From an uncultured Candidatus Peribacteria bacterium (GTDB taxonomy: Bacteria; Patescibacteriota; Gracilibacteria; Peribacterales; Peribacteraceae): 64,000 bases of DNA. The stretch spans positions 22,977-86,976 of the forward strand of contig CAYWPP010000004.1 of the NCBI GenBank assembly GCA_964460475.1, in the 5' to 3' direction. The position numbers were made by a program, and so were the translations under genes. Below are positions 18,183 to 27,728 of this stretch, one piece after another (the first letter of the stretch is position 1; every line of letters starts with the position of its first letter). The notes below the pieces were generated by a model. The model did not search any database and had not been told where the DNA came from. It worked only from the letters and a program-made list of their open reading frames with translations.

Positions 18183-18917
18183 CTACGTCGTCGGATCGGC
18201 ACCGAAGTAAATCTGCTGCAGCTCGCGCGATTTCTGCACGTCTTGGGGCTTACCGGTCAGCACGACCTCCCCCACGTCGAGGACGATGACGCGGTCGCAG
18301 ATCTTCGCGATGAACGGCAGATCATGTTCGATGATGAGTACGGTCTTCCCCTCCTCCTTCAGGGAGGCGATGAGATCCGCCACTTGATGCGTCATCTTCG
18401 GAGAGACGCCGGCGGTCGGTTCATCGAGGAGGAAGAGTTCCTTGCCTGCCTTCAGCGTCCGTGCGATTTCCAGAAGCCGCATCTGCCCGCCGGAGAGCGA
18501 GCCCGCCTTCTTCTTCGCATGTGCGGTGAGCCCGACCATGTCGAGCGTGCCCGCAACCGCCTCCTGCATGTTTCCAAGGAGGTCGCGCTGATCCTTTGGA
18601 AGAGATTCGAGCGCGACGAGCACGTTTTCTTCCAGTGTCATCTCGCGGAAAATGCCGAAGTTCTGGAACACGCGTCCGATGCCGAGCTGCGCGCGCTTCG
18701 CGGGTGACAGCTGCGTGATGTCATGACCGTGAAACAGAATCCTCCCGCTCTGAGGACGCAAGAAGCCCGAGAGCACATTGAAGAGCGTCGTCTTGCCCGA
18801 TCCGTTCGGACCGATGATGCCGATTACGTCGCCTTTGGGAATGTCGCAGGTGATCTCCTTGAGAATCCGGTGTTCCCCGATGGAGAAGCTGACGTGCGAG
18901 AGTGAGAGCAGAGCCAT
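18183..18917 (-). CDS. livG: ABC transporter ATP-binding protein (LivG-like)
   Basis: Walker A GPNGSGKTT, signature LSGGQMRLLEIAR, Walker B LFLLDEP. ATG 18917 gives MALLSLSHVSF. Confidence 0.9.
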   Translation of the reverse strand: MALLSLSHVSFSIGEHRILKEITCDIPKGDVIGIIGPNGSGKTTLFNVLSGFLRPQSGRILFHGHDITQLSPAKRAQLGIGRVFQNFGIFREMTLEENVLVALESLPKDQRDLLGNMQEAVAGTLDMVGLTAHAKKKAGSLSGGQMRLLEIARTLKAGKELFLLDEPTAGVSPKMTHQVADLIASLKEEGKTVLIIEHDLPFIAKICDRVIVLDVGEVVLTGKPQDVQKSRELQQIYFGADPTT

Positions 18918-18963
18918 TGGGGGAGAGAATAAACTGTTTGAAGAGAAAGAAACACCTTCAGGT

Positions 18964-19008
18964 GAAAATACGAGAATACTAAAATGCGAAAATACTAAAA
19001 AAAACATG
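18964..19008. repeat. left terminal inverted repeat of hairpin cassette 2
   Basis: GAAAATACGAGAATACTAAAATGCGAAAATACTAAAAAAAACATG. Its reverse complement occurs at 19460-19503, differing only in run length (A8 versus T7). Confidence 0.9.
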
Positions 19009-19075
19009 TGGAGGCGCTTTAAAGCACTAATGTGCAAAAGCAGACAACACACATGGCGCAGGATACCGTGACTCC

Positions 19076-19435
19076 ATGCCTGCACCGTACAAGTACGAAG
19101 CATTGGAAGAGCGCACGCTGGCGTTTGCCGCAGCCGTCCGTAAGTTTGCGAAGAATATTCCTCTCCATCACTACTCGGATGATTTGAGACAGCTACTCCG
19201 TTCCTCCGGTTCCGTGGGTGCAAACTACATCGAGGCGAATGAATCGTTGGGAAGAAAGGACTTCGTCATGCGTATACGGCTATGCAAAAAGGGGGCAAAG
19301 GAAAGCGCATACTGGCTCCGGCTTCTCGCTTTAGATGACACACATGGCAGTGCATACAGAAAACTGCGAAAGGAAGCACGCGAGCTGATGCTTATTTTTG
19401 CGGCCATTCTTCGGAAATGCGATAAGAAGAAATGA
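19076..19435 (+). CDS. four-helix-bundle protein (23S rRNA intervening-sequence protein family)
   Basis: LRSSGSVGANYIEANESLGRKDF and KGAKESAYWLRLL are family hallmarks. It lies inside the inverted-repeat cassette. Confidence 0.9.
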   Translation: MPAPYKYEALEERTLAFAAAVRKFAKNIPLHHYSDDLRQLLRSSGSVGANYIEANESLGRKDFVMRIRLCKKGAKESAYWLRLLALDDTHGSAYRKLRKEARELMLIFAAILRKCDKKK

Positions 19436-19459
19436 GTTTTCCCCTCTTTTGATGTTTCG

Positions 19460-19503
19460 CATGTTTTTTTAGTATTTTCGCATTTTAGTATTCTCGTATT
19501 TTC
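19460..19503. repeat. right terminal inverted repeat of hairpin cassette 2
   Basis: CATGTTTTTTTAGTATTTTCGCATTTTAGTATTCTCGTATTTTC. Confidence 0.9.
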
Positions 19504-19532
19504 ATCTTCGTTCTTCTCATTCCTCAAAAGAA

Positions 19533-21242
19533 CTACTTCTTTCTCGTGCAGGCCTTCATAAATGCATTAAATAACGGATGCGGTCTGTGCGGTCTGCTCT
19601 TGAATTCGGGGTGGAACTGCGACCCGAGCATGAAGGGATGATTCTTGACCTCCACGATTTCCATGATGCCGGTTCCGGGCCACTCGCCGGAGAAGACGAG
19701 TCCTTTCTCTTCCAGCTTCTTCTTGAGGGCGTTGTTGAACTCATAGCGATGGCGATGGCGCTCGGAGATCGTCTTCGTACCGTATGCCTCGTGAGCCTTC
19801 GTGCCGGGCTTCAGTTCGCACTCGTACGCACCGAGCCTGAGCGTGCCTCCTTTCGCTTTGCCTTTGTGCTGATCGGGGAGGAAGTGCACCACGTACTTCG
19901 AACGTGAACGCTCGCCGTCTTCATCGAATTCCTCGCTCGTGAGTGCCGGGTCCTTGAGCATGGCGCGTGCGAATTCAATGGCGAGAATCTGCGAACCCAG
20001 GCAGAGGCCGAGGTACGGAATCTTATGAGTACGGGCATGGCGGGCGGCTGCGATCTTTCCCTCGATACCGCGGATGCCGAATCCGCCCGGCACGAGGATG
20101 CCGTCGCAAGACCTGAGCGCATCCCATGTCTCTTTGTCGTTCTCTTCGAGCTTCTCGCTGCTCACCCAGACGATTTCGGCTTTGCGTCCGTAGTGGACGG
20201 CCGCCGACTTCAGCGCCTCGATCACGCTCAGGTACGCATCATCAAGTCCGGTGTACTTGCCGACGAGCGCAATCTTCACATCGCCATCCGCATCCTCGTA
20301 CCGACCCCTGCCCTTCTCCCACTCCGACATATCGGGCGCAATGTGGCCGAGCGCAAGCCGTGACCCGATGATCTGCGCGATGTCGTACTTCTGAAGATTG
20401 AGCGGCACATCGTAAATCGAGTTCACGGTCTGGGCGGGAATGACCGCACGACGGTCCACGTCGCAGAACCGGGCGATCTTGTCGAGGAGTTCGGCGGGAA
20501 TCTTGTAGTCCGCACGCGCGAGGATCATGTCGGGTTGCAGGCCGATGCGCCGAAGTTCACGCACGGAAAGCTGCGTCGGCTTCGTCTTCAGTTCCTTGGA
20601 ACCCTTCAGGTACGGCAGGAGCGTCAGATGCACGTGGAAGATGCGATCGTTGCCGAGATCGGAACGCATTTGCCGGATCGCCTCCAGAAACGGCTCGCCT
20701 TCGATGTCGCCGACCGTGCCACCGACCTCCACCATCATAATGTCGGCTCCGTTCTTCTCGGCTGCCTGCATGATGGAACGCTTGATGGCATCCGTGATGT
20801 GCGGCACCACCTGAATCGTCCCGCCGAGGAAGTCGCCTTTCCTCTCGCGCGCGAGCACGTCGGTGTAGATCTTTCCCGTGGTCACCGTGGAGAGTTTGCT
20901 CATCGGTTCGTCGATGAACCGTTCGTAGTGCCCCAGGTCGAGGTCGGTTTCCGCGCCGTCGTCCGTGACGAAGACTTCGCCGTGTTGGAACGGACTCATG
21001 GTACCGGGGTCGACGTTCAGGTACGGATCGAGCTTCTGCACGAACACTTTGAACCCGCAGGCCTTCATGATCGCACCGATACTGGCGGTCGCGATACCTT
21101 TTCCGAGCGAACTGCACACCCCGCCCGTCACGATGATGTAGCGCGAAGAGGCGGGAGCGCGTCCCGCGGCCGGAGTCTTCTTCTCGTTCTTCCCTTGCGG
21201 GATCTCTGGGGGTGTCCGTGTCTTCTGCTTCGGTGGAATCAT
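19533..21242 (-). CDS. pyrG: CTP synthase
   Basis: Synthetase domain (YIIVTGGVCSSLGKGI) plus glutaminase domain (GLCLGSQ, HRHRYEFN). ATG 21242 preferred; TTG 21257 possible. Confidence 0.95.
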   Translation of the reverse strand: MIPPKQKTRTPPEIPQGKNEKKTPAAGRAPASSRYIIVTGGVCSSLGKGIATASIGAIMKACGFKVFVQKLDPYLNVDPGTMSPFQHGEVFVTDDGAETDLDLGHYERFIDEPMSKLSTVTTGKIYTDVLARERKGDFLGGTIQVVPHITDAIKRSIMQAAEKNGADIMMVEVGGTVGDIEGEPFLEAIRQMRSDLGNDRIFHVHLTLLPYLKGSKELKTKPTQLSVRELRRIGLQPDMILARADYKIPAELLDKIARFCDVDRRAVIPAQTVNSIYDVPLNLQKYDIAQIIGSRLALGHIAPDMSEWEKGRGRYEDADGDVKIALVGKYTGLDDAYLSVIEALKSAAVHYGRKAEIVWVSSEKLEENDKETWDALRSCDGILVPGGFGIRGIEGKIAAARHARTHKIPYLGLCLGSQILAIEFARAMLKDPALTSEEFDEDGERSRSKYVVHFLPDQHKGKAKGGTLRLGAYECELKPGTKAHEAYGTKTISERHRHRYEFNNALKKKLEEKGLVFSGEWPGTGIMEIVEVKNHPFMLGSQFHPEFKSRPHRPHPLFNAFMKACTRKK

Positions 21243-21538
21243 AGAAAACCTGGGCAATCCTTCCGGGGGAGTGGTTCGACCTCGTTCACCACAAGAGGAG
21301 CCCGCCGAGAATTATACGGAGGAAAACGCCAAAATCAAGTTGAAACAGGTGTTGCGCCGGGCGGCGAATTTCCTATGATGGAACCACAAGAAAGAACATG
21401 ATGTTCCTTCTTGTACAGGGTCTCTTCGTTCTAGCACCACCGGGTATCATCCATTCATTGGAATCACCAGGTGCTAGGCGTAAGAGACTCTCTTTTTGCG
21501 TGTTGCGAGAGAGTCTCCACGCACCGGCATATCCGTCA

Positions 21539-23614
21539 TTATGAGTACAACCCCACCGTCAGGAGCGAGATGATCGTCATCAGCTTGATGAGGATGTTGA
21601 TGGACGGTCCCGACGTGTCCTTGAAGGGATCGCCCACCGTGTCGCCCACGACCGCGGCTTTGTGCTCGTCGCTTCCCTTCCCGCCGTGATGTCCGGCCTC
21701 AATGTACTTCTTCGCGTTGTCCCACGCACCGCCGCTGTTCGCCATGGAAATCGCAAGCAGCACGCCCGCAAGAAGCGAACCTGCAAGCAATCCGCCGAGC
21801 GCTTCCGCGCCGAGCGTCAGGCCCGTGAGGACCGGAGCGGCCACGGCCAGAAGACCGGGCAGCACCATCTCGCGAATCGCCGCACCCGTCGCGATAGATA
21901 CGCAACGAGCGGGATCGCCTTCCGCCTTGCCTTCCATGAGGCCTTTGATCGTTTTGAACTGGTGGCGCACCTCCTCGATCATGGCGAACGCCGCGCGTCC
22001 GACCGCGTTCATGGTCATGGCGGTGAAGACGAACGGCAACATGCCGCCGATGAAGAAGCCGATCAGCACGAACGGACTCGAGATGTCGATACTTTCAAGC
22101 TGTGCGCTTCCCGTGTACGCCGAGAAGAGCGCAAGCGCGGTGAGCGCCGCGGAGCCGATGGCGAAGCCCTTGCCGATCGCCGCGGTGGTATTGCCCGCCG
22201 AATCCAGTTCGTCCGTGCGGGCGCGCACCTGCTTCGGCAGCTTGCTCATTTCGGCGATGCCGCCGGCGTTGTCCGCGACGGGACCGTACGCATCGATGGC
22301 AAGCGATATGCCGAGCGTCGAGAGCATGCCGACCGCGCTGATGGCGATGCCGTAGAGCCCCGCCTGCATGAAGGCGATGGCGATGGCGATACAGATGAAG
22401 ATGATGGGCAGGGCGGTGGACATGTAGCCGAGCGCCAGTCCGCTGATGATGATGGTCGCGGCGCCGGTTTTGGAGGCTGCGGCGAGTTTCTTCACGGGTC
22501 CGTACTCGGCGGACGTGTAGTACTCGGTGAGCCAGCCGATAATCACGCCGACCACGAGGCCCGAGACGAAAGCGGTGAAGACGGAGAAAGCGATGATGGA
22601 GCTGTCGAAGACACGCTGACTCAGCACGTACGCCGCGATGACGACGAGGAAGGAGCTGATCAGGAGCCCGCGCTTCAGGGCGCCGTGCACGTTCTTGCTG
22701 CCCTTGCGGGTGCGAACGAAGAACGTACCGATGATGCTGCAGATGATGCCGATGCCGGCCATGAGCAGCGGGAAGATCACGGCACCGTTCTCTACGGTGT
22801 TGCCCGGGAACGTGAGCCCGAGAATCATGGCCGCGATGAGCGAGCCGACGTAGCTCTCGAACAGGTCCGCGCCCATGCCCGACACGTCACCGACGTTGTC
22901 ACCGACGTTGTCGGCGATGACCGCCGGATTCCTGGGATCATCTTCGGGAATGTTTTTCTCCACTTTTCCGACGAGGTCCGCACCCACGTCCGCCGCCTTC
23001 GTGTAGATGCCGCCGCCCACGCGGGCGAAGAGCGCGACCGACGACGCGCCGAAGCTGAAGCCGGTCATCACGCGAAGCGCATCCTCAAGAAGAAGTCCGT
23101 ACCGCTGCATGAGGATCATCAAGCATCCGACGAGGCCGAGCAGACCGAGACCGACGACGGAGAGCCCCATGTTGGCCCCCGAGAGGAACGCGACCCGAAG
23201 CGCCGCGCTAAGGCTCGAACGTGCCGCGTTCGTCGTCCTGACGTTGGCGGCGGTTGCGGTGCGCATGCCGATGAAGCCCGCAAGGACCGAGAGGAGCGCG
23301 CCCGCGATGAAGCTGCACATGGTGAGCGGCAGCTGCCATGCGCCGTTCTGCACTCCCTCGAAACCGGTATCGATAAAGAGGTAAAGCAGTCCTCCGACAA
23401 CGAGGATGAAGAGCATGATCACCTGGTACTCCTTCCACAGGAACGCCATGGCTCCCGCGCGGATGGCCGACGCGATAGTGCGCATCTTCTCCGTTCCCGC
23501 ATCCATCAAACCGATCTGAATGCGGAAGACGAACGCGGTGAAGAGCGCCAGCACGCCGCAGGCAAGAACGGCGACGAGCAGGGAAGAGAACGGATCGACG
23601 GCGAAAGCGTACAT
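21539..23614 (-). CDS. hppA: membrane-bound ion-translocating pyrophosphatase
   Basis: About 16 TM helices. Signature segments [28 protein letters not shown] and [11 protein letters not shown]. Confidence 0.95.
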   Translation of the reverse strand: MYAFAVDPFSSLLVAVLACGVLALFTAFVFRIQIGLMDAGTEKMRTIASAIRAGAMAFLWKEYQVIMLFILVVGGLLYLFIDTGFEGVQNGAWQLPLTMCSFIAGALLSVLAGFIGMRTATAANVRTTNAARSSLSAALRVAFLSGANMGLSVVGLGLLGLVGCLMILMQRYGLLLEDALRVMTGFSFGASSVALFARVGGGIYTKAADVGADLVGKVEKNIPEDDPRNPAVIADNVGDNVGDVSGMGADLFESYVGSLIAAMILGLTFPGNTVENGAVIFPLLMAGIGIICSIIGTFFVRTRKGSKNVHGALKRGLLISSFLVVIAAYVLSQRVFDSSIIAFSVFTAFVSGLVVGVIIGWLTEYYTSAEYGPVKKLAAASKTGAATIIISGLALGYMSTALPIIFICIAIAIAFMQAGLYGIAISAVGMLSTLGISLAIDAYGPVADNAGGIAEMSKLPKQVRARTDELDSAGNTTAAIGKGFAIGSAALTALALFSAYTGSAQLESIDISSPFVLIGFFIGGMLPFVFTAMTMNAVGRAAFAMIEEVRHQFKTIKGLMEGKAEGDPARCVSIATGAAIREMVLPGLLAVAAPVLTGLTLGAEALGGLLAGSLLAGVLLAISMANSGGAWDNAKKYIEAGHHGGKGSDEHKAAVVGDTVGDPFKDTSGPSINILIKLMTIISLLTVGLYS

Positions 23615-23705
23615 GTGAAAAAGTGGAAGAAGTAAGAAGAATTCCCGCCTATCCTACCGAAGAGGAAGGAAGGCGGGGAAGGGAAAATCGTCGGAAAGAT
23701 GCCGT

Positions 23706-24071
23706 TTACTTCGCGGAACCCACTACGCGCACCTTGGACGTGATCTTTCTCTTGGCTTTGCGCGCCGTGGACTTGGCGGCCGTGGCTCCTTCGGAACCGA
23801 GCTTCTTGATTTCGGTCTTCGCCTTCTTGTACTGATCATTGGCGTACTTCTTCGCATTCTTGATGCCGCCCTGCACGGTATCGCTCTCGACGAACTCCTT
23901 CACGTCTTTCGCGATGCGTTCGCCGTCTTTGGCAAGATGCTTGCCGAGGATCTGTGCCGCGGCTTTCGCGTCTTTCGTCTTCGCAAGTTGATCGCGAAGC
24001 GGCTTATTCGAGAACAGGTATCCTGCAAGACCGCCGCCGAGCGCACCAAGGAGGAGAGGAAGTTTTTTCAT
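23706..24071 (-). CDS. YtxH-like small protein (N-terminal anchor plus Lys/Ala-rich helices)
   Basis: MKKLPLLLGALGGGLAGYLFS followed by amphipathic KAAAQ/KKAK helices. Confidence 0.6.
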   Translation of the reverse strand: MKKLPLLLGALGGGLAGYLFSNKPLRDQLAKTKDAKAAAQILGKHLAKDGERIAKDVKEFVESDTVQGGIKNAKKYANDQYKKAKTEIKKLGSEGATAAKSTARKAKRKITSKVRVVGSAK

Positions 24072-24189
24072 AGTGAGGAGTGGGAAAAGTGAGGGAGAAA
24101 ACAGACAATTATCTTATGCCGCCTCGGTGAGTGACGCAACAAATCCGTCTTGCACGCAGGCAGCAGACGGTCGTCCCGTAGGGGAAACA

Positions 24190-26592
24190 TCACGGTCGCT
24201 CTTCCTCATGCCGCAACGCGACGTGCAGGGCAGAAAGTTGCGCCGCGGAGAGAATCGTCAGGAGCGACTCGTCATCGGCATTCCGGAGGGAAGAGATCGT
24301 AGGATGCATCTTCTGCAACTTCTTCTTCGTCGCGGGACCGATACCGGGGATCGTATCGAGCACCGACCGGCGACCCGCGGCAAGACCCTTCTTCTCGCGG
24401 AGCGAGTTCGCGAAACGATGCGCTTCGTCACGCAGACGACGAAGCAGGAAGAGCGCCGGCGCGTCCTTGGGGAAATCGACGGGGTGACTGTTCCCCGGCA
24501 CGAAGAGCTCCTCTTCCCTCTTCGCGAGCGCCGCGACGGGAATGGAGAGCGACAGGTAATCGAGAACCTCGACGGCGACGCCGAGTTGGCCCTTTCCCCC
24601 GTCGATCAGCAGAAGATCGGGGCGCTGCGTGAAGGAAGGGTCCGGGGCATTGGACTTCGCTTGGTACATCATGGCGAGGCCGCGCGGTTGTGCCGCATCG
24701 GCTTTATGATGCGTATCCAACCGCTCGCGAAGCACGGACGGCTCGGTGATAACGTGTTGAAAACCGAGCGACGCGTAGTACTGTTCCGACGCAACGTCGA
24801 TCGTGACGTACACTTTCCCCTTCTTGACGCGGCGCAGCATGAGGCGCGCGAGCAATCTGCCGAGTCCCTTGCCCCTGAGGGAAGCATGAACCCACAGGGA
24901 TGTGAGCTCGGTGACACTCTTGGGATGCGCAAAGAGACGGACGCACCCGACGATCTCGTCGCCTCTGCGCGCGACGAGAAGATCCGCCGGCTTCAAATCG
25001 GCGGCCTCGAATATCTTCTCCTCTTTCAGAATTTCCTTCACGCGGGCAACGTCCGCCTTGCGCGCCTTGCCGATGACGACTCCTTCATCTTTCCATCGTT
25101 GCTGCTCGGTTTTCAGATCGAGGGACAGGTACGCGAGTCTGCGTCGGAGTACCTCCCGCAAGGAGGCGTAGTCATCGATGTCCCCTTCCTTCAGGGACCG
25201 GATCGTGAACGAACGGTAGTGGTCGCGACGCGGCTTACCGTCGATCATCACGGTCATGCTTCCAACGGTCTCGGTGCCGCCGAGATGCGAGATGTCGTAC
25301 CCCTCGATGCGACGCGGCGGGGCCGACAGTTCGAGAGCCTCCTGCAGTCCGGTGAGCGCGGCATCGACGCGGCGGGCATCCGCCTCCCACTTCGCCTCGC
25401 TCTGCTCGGCCTTCCACCGTGCGTTCTTTTCCGCAAGAAGAAGGAGAGAGGATTTTTTGCCGCGCTGCGGAACGCGGATGGTCGTTTTCTTCCCGCGCCT
25501 TTCGTTCAGAAGTCGCACGAGAGCGTCGGCTTCGCCGGGTTCATCCGAGAGAATGATCTGATCGGGAAGATCCGAAGCGGCGAGATAGTACTGCGGCAGA
25601 AACTGATCGAGCACTTCGGCGACGCTGTCGGCATTTCCTTGCAGGGAAAAATTCTCCTCGGCGAGGAGTTTGCCGTCGCGCTGGCGAAACAGGACGACCG
25701 TCGCGCGGTTCGTATGCAGCGCGACGCCGATGATGTCGGCGTCATCGCCGGACGTATCGGACGCGAGCTGCTTTTCGTTCATGGCACGCAGCGATTGCAG
25801 CTGATTGCGCAGCTCCGCGGCCCGCTCGAATTTTCTCTCTTCCGCGGCTTGCTTCATCTTCGCCTCCAGCATTCTCTCGGCATCGTCACGTTTGCCGGAC
25901 AGAAACGCAATGACGCCGTCGATGGCACGCTCGCGATACTGTGCCGGAGTCACTTTGCCGACGCACGGCGCACAGCACTGCTTGATGTGGTGATCGAGGC
26001 ACGGCGTCGGACGGTCGCGGTGCAGGCAGGTAACGGCCAGAGGAATCGTCGCCTCGGATGAGGGTTCCTTCGGCATGATCTCCATGGTGCACGTGCGAAA
26101 CGGAAAAAGTTTGCGGAGGAACCCCAGCGTCGACCGCGCCTGCTCTGCGCTCGTCTTCGGACCGAAGTACAGCGCGCCGTCGTCTTCCATTTTCCTGACG
26201 ATATCGATCCGTGGATACGGATCCTTCATCGTGATGCGTACGTACACGTAGTGCTTGTCGTCCTTCATCATGATGTTGTACTTGGGTTTGAGTTCTTTGA
26301 TGAGATTGGTTTCGAGGACGATTGCTTCCAGATCGGAATTCACCACGGTCGTATCCACGTCGCGGATTTGGCGCACCATCATGTCTTTCCATGGCGAGTG
26401 TTTCTGCCCCGGCTGTACGTAACTCCTGAGCCTGTTGCGCAGATTCTTCGCCTTGCCGACGTAGAGCACCGCGCCGTCCTTATCGAGCCACTTGTAGATG
26501 CCGGGGCTCTGCGGAGCCTGCGCGATGCGTTGACGGAGAATCGCAAGCGCATCCTCCTGCTTCTTGCCGACACGTTTCTTTTTGGAAACCAT
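24190..26592 (-). CDS. uvrC: excinuclease ABC subunit C with an inserted GNAT-like domain
   Basis: GIY-YIG (GIYKWLDKDGAVLYVGKAKNLRNRL). UVR motif (ERKFERAAELRNQLQSL). C-terminal nuclease (EGYDISHLGG ... LLLIDGGKGQL). HhH (IPGIGPATKKKL). See the finding for the insertion. Confidence 0.9.
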   Translation of the reverse strand: MVSKKKRVGKKQEDALAILRQRIAQAPQSPGIYKWLDKDGAVLYVGKAKNLRNRLRSYVQPGQKHSPWKDMMVRQIRDVDTTVVNSDLEAIVLETNLIKELKPKYNIMMKDDKHYVYVRITMKDPYPRIDIVRKMEDDGALYFGPKTSAEQARSTLGFLRKLFPFRTCTMEIMPKEPSSEATIPLAVTCLHRDRPTPCLDHHIKQCCAPCVGKVTPAQYRERAIDGVIAFLSGKRDDAERMLEAKMKQAAEERKFERAAELRNQLQSLRAMNEKQLASDTSGDDADIIGVALHTNRATVVLFRQRDGKLLAEENFSLQGNADSVAEVLDQFLPQYYLAASDLPDQIILSDEPGEADALVRLLNERRGKKTTIRVPQRGKKSSLLLLAEKNARWKAEQSEAKWEADARRVDAALTGLQEALELSAPPRRIEGYDISHLGGTETVGSMTVMIDGKPRRDHYRSFTIRSLKEGDIDDYASLREVLRRRLAYLSLDLKTEQQRWKDEGVVIGKARKADVARVKEILKEEKIFEAADLKPADLLVARRGDEIVGCVRLFAHPKSVTELTSLWVHASLRGKGLGRLLARLMLRRVKKGKVYVTIDVASEQYYASLGFQHVITEPSVLRERLDTHHKADAAQPRGLAMMYQAKSNAPDPSFTQRPDLLLIDGGKGQLGVAVEVLDYLSLSIPVAALAKREEELFVPGNSHPVDFPKDAPALFLLRRLRDEAHRFANSLREKKGLAAGRRSVLDTIPGIGPATKKKLQKMHPTISSLRNADDESLLTILSAAQLSALHVALRHEEERP

Positions 26593-26594
26593 CA

Positions 26595-26848
26595 GAGAGA
26601 AAAATGCTAAAATGCTAGAGCACTAAAATGCTAGAGCACTAAAATACTAGAGAAAGGGGGAAAGAACGAAAGGCAGAAAGGGCGAAAGAAGCTTCTCAAT
26701 ATGGGAAAAGAATGAAAAACAAAAAAATATTTGTTTCTTCTCTCATATAGCTGTTTCGCATCTTTTTTCGTCTATCTCGGACTTTCGAACGTCTTTTTAG
26801 TATTCTAGTACTTTAGTATTTTAGTATTTTTTACCTCTAGCATTCTCC
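26595..26848. repeat. ORF-less hairpin cassette of the AATACTA/GCTAGAG repeat family
   Basis: The left arm has AAAATGCTAAAATGCTAGAGCACTAAAATGCTAGAGCACTAAAATACTAGAG. The right arm has TTTTTAGTATTCTAGTACTTTAGTATTTTAGTATTTTTTACCTCTAGCATTCTC, an imperfect inverse of the left arm. Confidence 0.7.
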
Positions 26849-26869
26849 TGTATCTGTATCATAGCAGCC

Positions 26870-27691
26870 GTGAACCCCAGCGTTTCCGCCATTGTCCTCA
26901 ACTATCGTTCGCCGAAGGACACCCTGACGTGCGTGCGTGCCCTGCTCCGGCAAACGATGGCAGACGAACTGGAAATCATCGTGGTGGACAATCACTCGGA
27001 CGATGAGTCCATCGGAGTATTTCGCGCCGCATGGAAGGATGAGCCGCGGGTGCGCGTCGTCGAGTGCGGGCGCAACGTCGGGTATGCGCGCGGCAACGCC
27101 GTCGGTATGCGCGCGGCACGAGGCCGGTATGTACTCTTCATCAACCCGGACAATACTCCGCCCGAGACTGCGGTACGGGATCTTGCGGACATACTGCAAG
27201 GCCATCCGGACATCGGCATCGTGGCCCCTGCACTCCTCTATCCGGACGGAACCGTCCGCCCGTCCGCCCGCTCGTTTCCGACCGTGCTCGAGCTCTTCAT
27301 GAAGCGCATCGCGGCAAAAACGTGGCACGAAAGACACAAGAACACTCCGGTCTCCGGCGGCATGTCCGCGATGCAGGACGTCGACTGGGTGGCCGGAGCA
27401 TGCCTCATGATCGAAAAGTCGTTCTTCGAGCAGCTGGGCGGATTCGACGGGCGCTTCTTCCTGTTCTTCGAGGACATCGACCTCTGCCGACGCGTGTGGC
27501 AAGCGGGCAAACGCGTCGTGTACGCACCGGGCATACATGTCTCCGATAAACCGCGGCGCTTGAGCGAAGGAGGCATTCTCTCCCTCCTCTGGAAGAAAAC
27601 GGGCAGGATTCACCTGCGAAGCGGCATCCGGTACTTCCGGAAATGGCCGCGAGCGCAGGAAGAACGCCGTAAAGCCCTTACCGGGTCTTGA
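26870..27691 (+). CDS. family 2 glycosyltransferase
   Basis: VSAIVLNYRSPKDTLTCVRAL, VVDNHSDD and LFINPDN are typical GT2 (GT-A) motifs. GTG start. Confidence 0.85.
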   Translation: MNPSVSAIVLNYRSPKDTLTCVRALLRQTMADELEIIVVDNHSDDESIGVFRAAWKDEPRVRVVECGRNVGYARGNAVGMRAARGRYVLFINPDNTPPETAVRDLADILQGHPDIGIVAPALLYPDGTVRPSARSFPTVLELFMKRIAAKTWHERHKNTPVSGGMSAMQDVDWVAGACLMIEKSFFEQLGGFDGRFFLFFEDIDLCRRVWQAGKRVVYAPGIHVSDKPRRLSEGGILSLLWKKTGRIHLRSGIRYFRKWPRAQEERRKALTGS

Positions 27692-27728
27692 CCGGAATGA
27701 GGCGTTCGCCTAGGCTGCATGAACCTTT

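Noticed and set aside
21662-23635. 657-aa plus-strand ORF opposite hppA
   Set aside because: It is antisense to a full-length pyrophosphatase. The composition is Arg/Asp/Glu/His-rich, and no motifs were recognised.
24073-26061. 662-aa plus-strand ORF opposite uvrC
   Set aside because: It is antisense to uvrC, which has all canonical motifs. The product is low-complexity and Arg-rich.
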